Assembly (NCBI RefSeq): GCF_963921235.1
Contig: NC_086097.1
Location: forward strand, 92,568,001-92,632,000
Length of the DNA: 64,000 bases
Source: Mobula hypostoma
Taxonomy: Eukaryota
Direction of reading: 5' to 3'
Shown here: piece after piece, positions 1-12,285 of the stretch
Position numbering within the stretch: position 1 is the first letter of the stretch
Layout of the letters: the number at the start of each line of letters is the position of its first letter
Program-made: the position numbers and the translations under genes
The notes under the pieces: generated by a model
Seen by the model: only the letters and a program-made list of their open reading frames with translations
The model's database searches: none
Told to the model about the DNA's origin: nothing

Positions 1-1340
1 ACTATCTTAGATTTATTTCTGTTTTTCCCTTCCTCCGCTCTATCATTCCAGTTCCCATTCCCCTGCCAAATTAGTTTAAACCCTCCCTAACAGCTCTATT
101 AAACATTCCCGCCAGGATATTGGTCCCCTTCGGGTTCAGGTGTAACCTGTCCATTTTGAACAGGTCATACTTCCCCCAGAAAAGATCCCAATTATCCAAG
201 AATCTGAAGCCCTGCCCCCTGCACCAGACTCTCATCTACACATTCATCTGCCTGATCCTACTATTCTTGCCCTCGCTACCACGTGGCACAGGTAGCAATC
301 CCAAGATTACTACCCTGGAGGTCCTGCTTCTCAGCTTCCTTCCTAACTCCTAGAAATCTCTCTTCAGGACCTCCTCCCTTGTCCTATCTATGTCATTGAT
401 ACCAACATGTACCAAGACAACTGGCTGCTTGCCCTCTCCCTTCAGAATATTCTGGACCCGATCCGAGACATCCCGTACCCTGGCACCTGGGAGGCAACAC
501 ACCATGCGGGTATCTCTATCAGGCTCACAGAATCTCCTGTCGGTTCCCCTGACTATGGAATCCCCTATGACAACAGCATTCCTCTTCTCCCTTCTTCCCT
601 CCTGCACAACAGCGCCAGGCTCAGTGCCAGAGACCCGGTCACCGTGGGCGTCCCCTGTCAGGTCATCCCCCTCAACAGCATCCAGAACAAGTTATTTGTT
701 GCTGAGGGGGACAGCCACAGGGGTGCTCTCCACTATCCGGGCATTTTCCTTCCCTCTCTTGACAGTGACCCAGTTTCCTGACCCCCGTAGCCTAGGGATG
801 ACTACCTCCCTGTAGCTCCTGTCTATCACCTCTTCACTTTCCCTGACAAGCAGTAGGTCATCAAGCTGCAGATCCAGATCCCTAACACGATCTCTGAGGA
901 GCTGCATCTCGGTGCATCTGGCGCAGATGTGGCCATCAGGAAGGCTGGAGGTCTCCCAGGATTCCCACATCTGACACCCCGAACAAAGCACTAGCCCTGC
1001 AGGCATGCTGTCTAATTCTACAGGAACGAAACAGGAAAAATTCGCCGATTCGCGAAAGGGGGTGGGGGGAGGAAAAAAGAGTTGGTGCTTCGCTCTCGCC
1101 TCTTCCCGTTAACCACCGAAGCCCGTTGAAGCCGAAGCCCTACACTCTGCTACCACTCACTCTGCTGCCCGCTCCGACAGCTGCCCACTGTATAGGGGGG
1201 TCTCCTTTTTAAACTCTCCGCGCTGTCCTGTTACGTCACGCGCCTGCACAGTCTCGCCCTTCTTGCACTCGAAGAAGTTTTTTTAAAAAACTGCTTTCCT
1301 TCAGAATTCAGCTTCCATACCGCTCTGTTGTCCCGATCCA
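1..1340 (-). mobile_element. 5' part of a CR1 LINE (5'UTR + ORF1, continues off the window start)
   Basis: ORFs 692..1006 (CxxC..CxxC Zn finger + leucine zipper) and 350..607 (GDSIVRG..CCLPGARV..VHVGIND, SGNH esterase) are in the same frame, split by stops. ORF1 ends near 71 (GLN*). A CpG-rich leader lies at about 1007-1340. Confidence 0.9.
71..1006 (-). pseudogene. CR1 ORF1p (Zn finger/leucine zipper + SGNH esterase), disrupted
   Basis: In-frame stops at 692 and 350; GDS and GxND esterase motifs present. Confidence 0.85.
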
Positions 1341-2549
1341 AAAAATATATTTGAGGATACAAATATTAAGGAAATATTGTATGCCTGTGTGTGGAAGAAA
1401 GAAAGGGGAAATTATGCACAGTATATTATAAATAAAGAGGTTAATGAAACATTACAAGCCGTATTACTATTTATTGTGATCATAAATTATATTCAAGCCT
1501 CTACTGAGGATGATTTGGATGTTTTGCCAATACCGTCAAACTATGTGTCACCACCATCAGACAGAAAACCTGATGGTATTGACGTCTGACAGTAGTGACA
1601 AAAACACACTTTTTTACATGACATGCATGAGTTGTATACAGGAGCCATCTTGTTTTCCCTCTGCTGCTAGCTGCCTCTGGCCTCTATTTAAAACGCATAA
1701 ATCTATGTCATAATTTAAAATAATTCCTTCTATACAAAACAGACAGTGTTGACACGTCATGGTTGTGATAGTAGCAACATCAATAAGTATGTAAAAGTTA
1801 TTGAAAAAATAGCAAACTTATGGAGCTTGTTTAATCTTCTTGCATTTAGCAGATGTGGAGGGTGGAAAGGGGGCCCTCGAGAATATAGTTGAACATGTGG
1901 TTGCCTGATCTTATTGCTTTTTTATAAATGTCTGATGGTGTTGACAAAAACTTGGGACACATTTTGAACAACCACAAAATAAGAGTAAATATTGTTGAAA
2001 ATTCACTGCTTTTAGTTTTAAAGAGGTTTTTCGCTCTACTCTTTCATCTGGCATATATATTATACATATTAAATGATTTTTTCACACTTTTTTATCAAAT
2101 TGAAATAATAATCCATGTCTGAGGACGACTGATTCTGTGGGTACTGAGCTATCATATAATCATATAATTTATAAAATTAAAAACAAACATATGAAAAAAT
2201 GTTGCATTTGTGCAAAAGACCCTCAGATGATCAACCCTGATTATCTTAAATAAGAAAATGTTATTCATTTTCAACGGAATTAGCACTTTTCTCAATGGGA
2301 CGTGTTTTCGCCGAAGTCTGAAGAATCAGTGGTTTGTTGTTGTATGTCGCACCCTGGCCAACACCCCACCACAAGTTCCTAATCTCTTTAAATGCATATG
2401 GTGAATAAAGTTGATCCTTCATCACTGATATGGCATTGGGAAAGAGTGAGCTGATTGATACAAGAAATTATAAACTGTGTTTCAGGAGTAAAGATTTATT
2501 CTTGATCACTTATATTAAACACACACAACCTAGTAGCAGACCTTGGAAG

Positions 2550-4230
2550 GACCTGTCTATGGAATTAAGGGAAACAAGTAGTGAGATCATGGAAACTGTA
2601 CAGATCAAAAAGGAGGAGGTCCTTGCTGTCTTGAGGAAAATTAAAGTGGATAAATCCCCGGGACCTGACAGGGTGTTCCCTCGGACCTTGAAGGAGACTG
2701 GTGTTGAAATTGCAGGGGCCCTGGCTGAAATATTTAAAATGTCGCTGTCTACAGGTGAGGTGCCGGAGGATTGGAGAGTAGCTCATGTTGTTCCGTTGTT
2801 TAAAAAAGGATCGAAAAGTAATCCGGGAAATTATAGGCCAGTATGTTTAACGTCGGTAGTGGGTAAGTTATTGGAGGGAGTACTAAGAGACAGAATCTAC
2901 AAGCATTTGGATAGACAGGGACTTAGTAGGGAGAGTCAACATGGCTTTGTGCATTGTAGGTCATGTTTGACCAATCTGTTGGAGTTTTTCGAGGAGGTTA
3001 CCAGGAAAGTGGATGAAGGGAAGGCAGTGGATATTGTCTACATGCACTTCTGTAAGGCCTTTGACAAGGTCCCGCATGGGAGGTTAGTTAGGAAGATTCA
3101 GTCGCTAGGTATACATGGAGAGGTGGTAAATTGGATTAGACATTGGCTCGATGGAAGAAGCCAGAGAGTGGTGGTAGAGAATTGCTTCTCCGAGTGGAGG
3201 CCTGTGACTAGTGGTGTGCCACAGGGATCAGTGCTGGGTCCATTGTTATTTGTCATCTATATCAATGATCTGGATGATAATGTGGTAAATTGGATCAGCA
3301 AATTTGCTGATGATACAAAGATTGGAGGTGTAGTGGACAGTGAGGAAGGTTTTCAGAGCCTGCAGAGGGACTTGGACAAGCTGGAAAAATGGGCTGAAAA
3401 ATGGCAGATAGAGTTTAATACAGACAAGTGTGAGGTATTGCACGTTGGAAGGACAAACCAAGGTAGAACATATAGGGTTAATGGTAAGGCACTGAGGAGT
3501 GCAGTGGAACAGAGGGATCTGGGAATACAGATACAAAATTCCCTAAAAGTGGCGTCACAGGTAGATAGGGTCGTAAAGAGAGCTTTTGGTACATTGGCCT
3601 TTATTAATCAAAGTATTGAGTATAAGAGCTGGAATGTTATGATGAGGTTGTATAAGGCATTGGTGAGGCCAAATTTGGAGTATTGTGTTCAGTTTTGGTC
3701 ACCAAATTACAGGAAGGATATTAATAAGGTTGAAAGAGTGCAGAGAAGGTTTACAAGGATGTTTTCGGGACTTGAGAAACTCAGTTACAGAGAAAGATTG
3801 AATAGGTTAGGACTTTATTCCCTGGAGCATAGAAGAATGAGGGGAGATTTGATAGAGGTATATAAAATTATGATGGGTATAGACAGAGTGATTGCAAGCA
3901 GGCTTTTTCCACTGAGGCAAGGGGAGAAAAAAACCAGAGGACATGGGTTAAGGGTGAGGGGGGGGGAAGTTTAAAGGGAACATTAAGGGGGGCTTTTTCA
4001 CACAGAGAATGGTGGGAGTATGGAATGAGCTGCCAGACGAGGTGGTAAATGCGGGTTCTTTTTTAACATTTAAGAATAAATTGGACAGATACATGGATGG
4101 GAGGTGTATGGAGGGATATGGTCTGTGTGCAGGTCAGTGGGACTAGGCAGAAAATGGTTCAGCACAGCCAAGAAGGGCCAAAAGGCCTGTTTCTGTGTTG
4201 TAGTTTCTATGGTTTCTATGGTTCTATGGT
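2550..4230 (+). mobile_element. 5'-truncated CR1 LINE, RT domain + 3'UTR
   Basis: ORF 2430..3974 has [21 protein letters not shown] and KFADD. Frameshift in the G-run near 3960. 8-mer-type tail (TTCTATGG)n at 4204-4230. Confidence 0.95.
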
Positions 4231-4242
4231 CATGAAGACACT

Positions 4243-4505
4243 ATTTATTATTTATTTAGGGATACAGTGCAGAACAGATCCTTCCAGCCCAACAACCCGC
4301 CTGTTTAACAATAGCCTAATCACAGGACTCATTAACCTTCCAACAAGTACGTCTTTGGACTATGGCAGGAAATCCCAGCTCCTAGAGGAAACGCACACGT
4401 TTCACAAGGTGAACGTACAAACTCCTTACAGGTGACACCAGAGTTGAACTCTGAACTCTGGAATGCCACGAGCTGTAATAGTGTCGCGCTCACCCAGATA
4501 CGTGT
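4243..4505 (-). mobile_element. tRNA-derived V-SINE (HE1-like)
   Basis: Minus strand reads a tRNA-like head, then a V-domain-like core (gagtttgtacgttc..gcgtttcctc..tttcctgccatagtccaaagacgtac), then an (AAAT)n tail. Confidence 0.75.
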
Positions 4506-4674
4506 AAGCCCCTGCCACATTTCTTCTATAAAATGCTGCAGGTATGATTAATCTGTATTACATGTAGTCAGCACAGACTTCAATGGAACTGGACTTGAGA
4601 AGTGGGTAAAATGTGACTTTGCTACGTTACTATTAACTAAAGTGGACGGGGATGAATTTCTTCCCCTTGTTTTC

Positions 4675-5390
4675 AGGTCAGAGAGGATTTAAAGAGAAGA
4701 TGATAAAGTAGGGCAGCATATTTGAGAATTAGGAAAACTGAGAGTTGGAACAGTCTGCTGAGAGATGGATAGAGAGCACCAGAGAGAAAGAGAACTGTCA
4801 GAAAAGGGTGTGAGCGTATGGTGAGGGAGAGAGAGTGAGGGGTGGTGAGAGGAAGAGGAAAGAGATACAAGGTGGAAGAGCATGAGAGTGCTGAGGGAGC
4901 AGGGAGGTGGCTCTGACAGGGAAGTGGAGGATTGAGAGTTATGAGAATAGCAAAGGAGGTCAGGTGGGACAGGCGTAACAGGAGCAAGAGAGCGAGGGAC
5001 ACGTAAGAAGGACAAGAGGAGGTTAGTGGTTGGATGAAGGAAGTGATGAGACCGATGAAATCAGAGGGGAAAGTGAAGAGGCAGGACAGGGAGAAGAGAA
5101 GACTGAGAAAACATGAAGGAGTGGGGAGAAAAAATCTGAAGAGTGAGAGACAGAAATATGAGAGCAAAGTGCTGGTACACTTGACCAACATCCATTCATG
5201 GATGAGCAGAATTTTCTTGAAGCTAAGCCCTGAGGAAAAAAAAACCTGCAGCCGCCAGTCACCTTAGCAACCACTTTAGACTGAACATGAAGGACAAGCG
5301 GAGTGAGATCGGTGAGAGGAGCCAAGGGGGACACCATGAGAAGTGGGGAGGAACAGCATGTTGGAGTGGCATGAGATTGTAAAGGGGTGC
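4675..5390. repeat. Purine(GA)-rich low-complexity tract
   Basis: Strong G/A bias on the + strand; the minus-strand ORFs here are spurious S/L/P-rich frames. Confidence 0.8.
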
Positions 5391-5784
5391 TACACAAATG
5401 AAAGTTCTCTCCAACTTTCATATTCTTAACCTTAATGCTGTCGCATGGTGAGATTCCAATGGTATTTATTTTGTTTTCATCTTTGCACCTTTGTCTGACT
5501 CTATCATTCATTATTCCTGGATGACCTTCTAATACCCCTTTCTCCACCTACATAACTCGCTAGGAAACCCTCTTCTATCTGCTATTAACATAAGCTCATC
5601 CAGCATTCTGCTGCCTGGGTCCAAACAGGTTGGAATTCTGTTCACCTAAAGCCCCTGTTCTGACTTGAATTACTTTCTGGTTGAATATTATATTAAGTTT
5701 ACCATTCTCATCTCCCACTAAATCCCTTCATGGCATGTTTTTACACTATTGATTAATTTTTGTAACGTAGTAACTTACTGCACT

Positions 5785-6195
5785 CTTTTCTCTGCTGCCA
5801 TCAGGAAGAAGGTACAGGAGTCTCAGGGCTCAGATCACCAGGTTCAGGAACAAGCTTTACCCCTCAATCAGCAGGCCCTTGAACCACAGGCAATAGCTTC
5901 ATTCACCTCATCATTGAAATGTTCCCACAATCTATGGACTCACTTTCAAGGACCCTTTATCTCATGCTCTCGATATTTATTACTTACTTATTTATTTATT
6001 ATTATTTATTATTATCTCTTTCTTTTTGCATTTGTACAGTTTATTGTCTTTTGCACGCTGGTTGAGTGCCCAAGTTGGTGCAGTCTTTCATTGATTCAGT
6101 CATGGATTTATTGAGTATGCCTCCAAGAAAATGAACCTCAGGATTGTATATGGTGATATATATCTACTTCAATAACAAACTTGCTTTCAACTTTT
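5785..6195 (+). mobile_element. Rex1/Babar-type LINE 3' end
   Basis: ctgctgccatcaggaagaaggtacaggag (LLPSGRRYR C-terminal motif) followed by a T-rich 3'UTR. A related copy is inverted at 32650-33090. Confidence 0.75.
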
Positions 6196-6315
6196 GGCAC
6201 TGTACTGTGGCTGGAAAACAAATTTCAGGATATATCACGCTGATTTGGCAAGGAGAGGCATTGGCAGTAGGTAGATTTTTTCATTATTTTAACTTTCTTT
6301 CTGCCTTATGACAAT

Positions 6316-6934
6316 GATTATGAAGACACGTGGTCCTCTTTTATTGTCATTTAGTAATGCATGCGTTAAGAAATGATACGTTATTTCCTCCGGTGTGATA
6401 TCACAAAACACAGGACAGATCAAGACTGAAAAAACTGACAAAACCACATAATTATAACATATAGTTACAACAGTGCACAATACCATAACTTGATGAACAA
6501 GTCTGTGAGCACAGTAAAGTTCAAAGTTTCTCAAATGTCCCACGTCTCACACAGACGGGAGAAGGAAGAAAAACTCTCCCTGCCATGCCGACCACAGTCC
6601 AACTCTGAGTCGTCCAAAAACTTCGAGCTCTGATCAGCTTCCCGACACCGAGTACCGAGCGCCCTCTCTGTCCGAACGATTTGACCTCCTTCTCGGTCAC
6701 CAAAAGCAGGCAAGGCCGGGGATTTTGAGGCCTACCCTCCAAAAGATTCCCGACCGCATAGTAACGACAGCAGCAAACGAGCGTTTCAGAAATTTCTCCA
6801 GATGTTCCTCTGTGCTTTCACATCCATTCGCCATCAAATCAGAATTGTCCACAGCCCCTATTTAACAGATACGCTATCATTTTTCACCGGCGGGCTGCGC
6901 ACACGCGGGCGCGCTCCCATCTTCTCCTCCCGCC
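6316..6934 (-). mobile_element. Non-coding, non-autonomous retroelement (about 620 bp), copy 1
   Basis: Homologous along its length to 33535-34225 and 37000-37425. GC-rich head GGAGAAGATGG; 3' end AATAAAAGAGGAC..CATAATC. Confidence 0.8.
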
Positions 6935-6959
6935 GATAAATGCTTTATTGCCATTTAAA

Positions 6960-9325
6960 GCAGTGGAGATACCAGACAGGATGGGTGGATGCTCCTCTTG
7001 AGAGATGTGGAAAGACAGTGAGATCTCCAATGTCCCCGACGACTACACCTGCAAGAACTGCATCCAGCTGCAGCTTCTATCAGACCATCATAAGGAGTTG
7101 AAACTGGAACTGGATGAACTCCAGATCATTTGGGAGGCTGAGGGGTTGACAGACAGGATACAAGGAGGTAGTTACCCCCAAGGTGCAGGATACAGGTGAC
7201 TGGCTGGCCATCAGGAGAGGGAAAGGGGATGGATAGGCAGCTAGTGGAGAGTACCCCTGTAACCATTTCCCTCAGCAGCAGGGGTACTGTTTTGGGTACT
7301 GTTGGGGGGGGGGATGACATAGCACAGAAAATCCACAGTGGTCAGATCTCTGGTGCTGAGTCTGGCTCTGTGGCTCAGAAGGAAGCAGGAAGAAAAGGCA
7401 AGCTGTACTGATAGGGGACTCTGGTTGGGGGAACAGAAAGGAGGTTCTTTGGATGAGAACAAGATTCCAAGACGGTATATTGCTTCCTGGGTGCAAGGGT
7501 CAGGGACATCTCAGATCAAGTCTGAAGTGGGAGGGTGAATAGCCAGAGATTATGGTCCATGTAGGTGCCAATTACATAGGTAGGGAGAGTGATGAGGTCC
7601 TGCAAAGACAGTTCAGGGAATTAGGTGCAAAGTTAAAGGGTGGGATCTCCAGGGTTGTGATCTCAGGATTGCAATCTGTGCTTCTTGCTAGACAGGCCAG
7701 AAATAGGAAAATTATACAGTTTAACAAATGGCTAAGGAAATAGTGCGGGGGGGAGGAGGGAGGGCTTCAGAATTTTGGTTCATTAGGCTGTTCACAGGGA
7801 AGATGGGACTCTTACAGAAGAGACAGTTTGTACCTGAAATGGTGGGGGACTAATATCATAGTGGGAAGGTACAGCACGGTGGGGTTGAGGTAAGTTTTAA
7901 ACTATAGTTGTAGGGGGATGGGGACCAGAGCACTGGAAAGAAAGGCTCAATGAAAAAGCCAGGAAGTTATAGGCCAGTGAGCCTGACATCTCAAGAGGGC
8001 AAGTTACTGGAAGCTATTCTACGTGACTGGATATATAAATACTTAGATAGACAGGGACTGATTAGGGATATTTGACATGGCTTTGTGTGTGGTAGATTGT
8101 GTTTAACCAATCTTATGGTGTTTATTGAGGAAGTTACCAGGAAGGTTGAACAAGACAAGGTAGTGGATGTTACTGGCATTGACTTTAGCAAGGCATTTGG
8201 CAAGGTCCCACATGGGAGGTTGGTCAAGAAGGTTCAGTCCCTTAGCATTCAAGATGAGGTAGAAAATTAGACATTTGCTTTATGGTAGAAGCCAGAGAGT
8301 AGTAGTAGATGGTTGCCTCTCTAATTGGAGGCCTGTGACTAGTGGAGTACCACAAGGATCGGTGCTGGGTCCGTTGCTGTTTGTCATCTATATCAATGAT
8401 CTGAATGATAATGTGGTAAACTGGATCAGCTAATATGTGGATGCAACCAAGACTGAAGGTGCAATGGACAGTGAGGAAGACTATCCCAGCTTGCAACAGA
8501 ATCTGGACCATCTGGAAAATGGGCTGAAAAATAGCAGATGGAATTTAATGCACGCAAGTGTGAGGTATTGCATTTTGGGAGGACCAACCAAGACAGGTTT
8601 TACACTGAGCAGTAGGGCACTGAGGAATGTGGTAGAACAGAGGGAGCAGGGAATACAGATCTATAGTTCCTTGAAAGTGGTGTTCCAGGTAGATAGGGCA
8701 TCAAGAAAGCTTCTGGCACATTGGCCTTTGTCTATCAATGTACTGTGTACAGGAGATGGGATGTTATGTTGAAATTTTTAAGTCTCTGGTGAGGCCTAAT
8801 TTGGAGTATTGTGTGCAGATTTGGTCACATACCTACAGGAAAGATGTCAATAAGATTGAAAGAGTACAGAGAAAATTTACAAGGATGTTGCTGGGACTGG
8901 AAGACATGAGTTATAAGGGAAGACTGAATAGGTTAGAAATTTATTCTCTAAAATGTAGAAGATTGAGGGGAGAGTTGACAGAGGTATACAAAATTATGAG
9001 GGATATAGATAGGGTAAATGCAAGCAGTTTTTCCATTGAATTTGGATGAAACTACAACTAGAGGTCATGGGTTAAGTGTGAAAGGTGAGACGTTTGAGGA
9101 AACATGATGGGGACTTCTTCACTCAGAGTGTTGTTAGAGCTGTCAGTGTAAGTGGGGGTTGCATGTTCAGCTTCAATATTTAAAAGAATTTGGATAGGTA
9201 CATGGATGGTAGGGGTATGGAGGGCTATGGTCCAGGTGCAGGTTGGTGAGACTAGGCAAATTAATGATTTGGTACAGTCTAGATGGGCCGAGGAGCCTAT
9301 TCTGTGCTGTAATTTTTTACAACTA
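6960..9325 (+). mobile_element. Degraded CR1 with ORF1 joined directly to RT (endonuclease region missing)
   Basis: ORF1 remnants (CKNCIQLQLL, VESTPV, VHVGAN) run to about 7905, followed immediately by KKPGSYRPVSLTS, RT remnants and the CR1 3'UTR. Confidence 0.85.
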
Positions 9326-9439
9326 TTATAAACCTAATTCTGATTATGGCCAGTCTCCCCTGTATGATTTGCCAGTCCCACCATAGACTATGCATTTCTA
9401 TAAAGGTACCATAGACAATGTATTTTCTATAAAGTTACA

Positions 9440-10522
9440 AGACGAGTGAGAGACAAGAAGGGTAAAGGAGACAGGAGTGGGGGACAAGAGCAGAAAGGAA
9501 ATATAGTGAGAGAGTGCAGGTGAGTAAAGAATGATATTTGAGAAAAGGAAAGAGAGGGGGAGAGGGATAGAGAAAGGGGGGAGAGGCAGAGGGGAGGGGG
9601 AGTGAGGGAGGGGAGGGTAGGGAGAGAGAGAGGGAGAGGGATAGAGAAAGGGGGGAGAGGCAGAGGGGAGGGGGAGTGAGGGAGGGGAGGGTAGGGAGAG
9701 AGAGAGGGAGAGGGAAAGAGGAGACGGATAGGGGAGAGGGATGGAGAGAGGGATAGGGGAGAGAGATAAGGGAGAGAGATGGGGAGAGGGTTTGGGGAGA
9801 GAGATAAGGGAGAGGGATAGGGGAGAGGAATGGGGAGAGGGATAAGGGAGAGGGATGGGGAGAGGCTTTGGGGAGAGAGATAAGGGAGAGGGATAGGGGA
9901 GAGGGATGGGGAGAGGGATGAGGGAGAGGGATAGGGGAGAGAAATAGGGGGAGAGGGGAGAAGGAGGGAGGGAGGGAGAAGGAGACAGAAGGGGAATAGG
10001 CCAGAGAGTGTGTGCATGAAGGAAAGGAAGAAAAGGAAATTTGTGGGACAAGAAGTGCGATGAGGGGGAGGACAAGAGTTAGGGTTAGAGGGTTAGAAAA
10101 CTGAGGTGGAAGGGAAGGAGGAGTGTAAGGTTGAAAAATGGTCAGTGGGATGAGAGTGGTGAGGAGGGCAGAGAGATGTGTGGGAAAGCAAATGAATTAA
10201 TACAGAGGGCATAAGAAGTGTGAGGGAGAGAGAGGAAGGGTGAGCGGATGAAAGTTTGTGTGAATGAGTGAGAGGAGAGTGGGAAATCAAAAAGAGAGAG
10301 GGATGGTAGAGAGGTGGTAAAGAAAGCAAGAGCAAAGGCGAGCAGTCAGGGCAGAGATGTGAAAGCAGGAGGAAGTATTGAATTGGAAAGGGGCGTGAGA
10401 GCAGGAGAGAGACATGAGTGAGCTGAGAGAGTGGAGCAGGAGACAGGTGGCAGCAGTGAGAGAAAACAGAGTGGGGCAGATACCTGAATGAAGTAGGAGA
10501 GAATGGGATAAGAGAGGGGAGG
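9440..10522. repeat. Polypurine minisatellite/low-complexity tract (GGGGAGAGGGAT-type units, about 70-bp tandem duplication)
   Basis: The + strand is almost purely G/A from about 9540 to 10000. The block at about 9555-9625 recurs at about 9628-9700. Confidence 0.9.
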
Positions 10523-10611
10523 CATATGAACTGCTGACGTGCAGTCTGAGGTCTGATATGCTTCACCCTGTGCCACCACAATTACACCATGTGGACGTTA
10601 GCAGGAATTAC

Positions 10612-10679
10612 CATCTGAGCATCTGGGACACCCACAGCCAATCCAAGCATCACAGGGAGGAGACTGAACCTCAGGAGAT
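10612..10679 (-). CDS. Candidate coding exon, signal-peptide-like (xLLRFSLLPVMLGLAVGVPDAQM)
   Basis: Minus strand: tctgtctctttgcttttccatgtcag acceptor, 68 nt, ATG|gtaatt donor. Non-repetitive context. Gene not identified. Confidence 0.4.
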
Positions 10680-11344
10680 CTGACATGGAAAAGCAAAGAG
10701 ACAGAGCGTTTGCTTATCAAGGTTTGGTTTTATTTGGACATCACAGGGTAGTCAGCACTGCCCAAGAGCTAACGTATTCAAAGGCAATCGATAATGCACT
10801 TGAGAAAATAGTTCACCATGTTCAAACAAATTTGATATGATGCCAGAGTAAACATTCTTACACAGTACTTTAAAAATATCAAAGAGAAAGATTATTTACT
10901 CAAATGAATTGCCTGCATCACTGCAAATGAAGGTAAATCACCTTGCTCTGGCCTCAGTCTCTTTCTATTTACTAGCTATATCGGAAATCTAAACTAATTT
11001 ATGCCTGCAAAGTTCAGTGTGATTTAAGAAGCATTCCATTGAGTTTTACATGCTGTACACATTATCAGTTTAACCATGGCTGTGAAAGAACAAATGATAA
11101 GACTTCTTTTTCTAAAGCACTGTGTGCTAATTCAGAAACCAAGTCTATATTTGTCATTCAAACCCTTTACCCTAACTTCTCCCCAGCCACCCTCCTCTTT
11201 CTACCTTAGTTGTCATTCCAGCCAGGCAGACTGCCGTTTTTCATTCCCATCCTTCTTTTCTGATCCTTTGTGACCTTGCACAGCTCTTGGATAACCGTGA
11301 CCTCAATTTTGTTCATCTCATCTGCGTCCCTGATTTTAATCACA

Positions 11345-11517
11345 GGGGAGGGGGAGGAGGAGAGAGAGGGAGAGGTGGTGAAGAGAGGATAGAGGGAGAG
11401 GGAAAGGGAGAGGGAGAGGGGAATGTGGTGAAGAAAGGAGAGAAGGAGAACAGACTGAGAGGGGGTGAAAGCAGGAATGAGTAGAGTAGGAGGAAGAACA
11501 CAGAACGAGAGAGAGGT
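11345..11517. repeat. Polypurine tract
   Basis: G/A-dominated + strand. Confidence 0.8.
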
Positions 11518-11519
11518 AA

Positions 11520-11695
11520 ATTTGTTTATTATTGCCACACGTTCTGAGGTACAGTGAAAAACTTAGCAATACACACAGATCATTTCAAAACGCAACTACA
11601 TTACAAGAGAAAAGCAATAACAGAATAAGTATTACAGTTACAGAGAAACTGCAGCACATACAGACAATAAAGTGCAAAGCCATAATGAGGTCATT
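11520..11695 (-). mobile_element. Rex1-type LINE 3'UTR fragment
   Basis: Similar to the tails at 45545-45700 (-) and 49140-49330 (+). Confidence 0.55.
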
Positions 11696-11699
11696 GTAC

Positions 11700-12285
11700 T
11701 AAGGGTACAGGAGTTATGTTAAAGTTGTATAATATATTAGTGAAGCCTAATTTGGAATATTGTGTGCACTTTTGGTCACCTACCTATAGGAAAGATGTAA
11801 ATAAGACTGGAAGAGTACAGAGAAAATTTACAAGGATGCTGCTGAGACTGGAGGGCCTGAGTTATAAGGAAAGATTGAATAGGTTAGAAATTTATTTCTG
11901 AGAACATAGAAGACTGAGGGGACATTTGATGGAAGTATACAAAGTTATGAGCGGTGTACTTCAGAAAGGATAAATGCAAGCGGGCACTTTCCTCTGAAGT
12001 TGGTTAAGGGTACTTCTAGAGGTCATAGGTTAAGGGTAAAAGGTGAAATGTCTAATGGGACCACTAAGGGAAACTCCTTCACTCAGAGGGTGTGAGAGTG
12101 TGGATCAAGCTGCCAGCATGTGATGAATGCGGTTTTGATTTCAATGTTTAAGAGAAGTTTGGGTAGGTACATGTATGGGAACAGCATGGAGGCCTATATT
12201 CTGGATGCTGGTCGATGCGACCAGGCGGTTTAGATGGTTCAGCACAGACTAGATGGCTTGGAGGGCCAGTTTCTGTGATTCTCAG
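11700..12285 (+). mobile_element. CR1 3' fragment
   Basis: LVKPNLEYCVHFWSP..VQRKFTRML followed by a CR1 3'UTR. Confidence 0.85.

Noticed and set aside
1497..1589. Possible + strand terminal exon (ASTEDDLDVLPIPSNYVSPPSDRKPDGIDV*)
   Set aside because: Weak acceptor with no polypyrimidine tract, no recognisable protein and no upstream partner exon in the window.
2430..3974. 514-aa ORF as a host or domesticated gene
   Set aside because: It is a 5'-truncated CR1 RT. The first ~40 codons are flanking DNA in frame by chance, and the 3' end is frameshifted.
9398..10581. Long Pro/Ser/Leu-rich minus-strand ORFs (225, 196 and 162 aa)
   Set aside because: By-products of a stop-poor polypyrimidine strand. 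Multiple overlapping frames are open and there is no domain signal.
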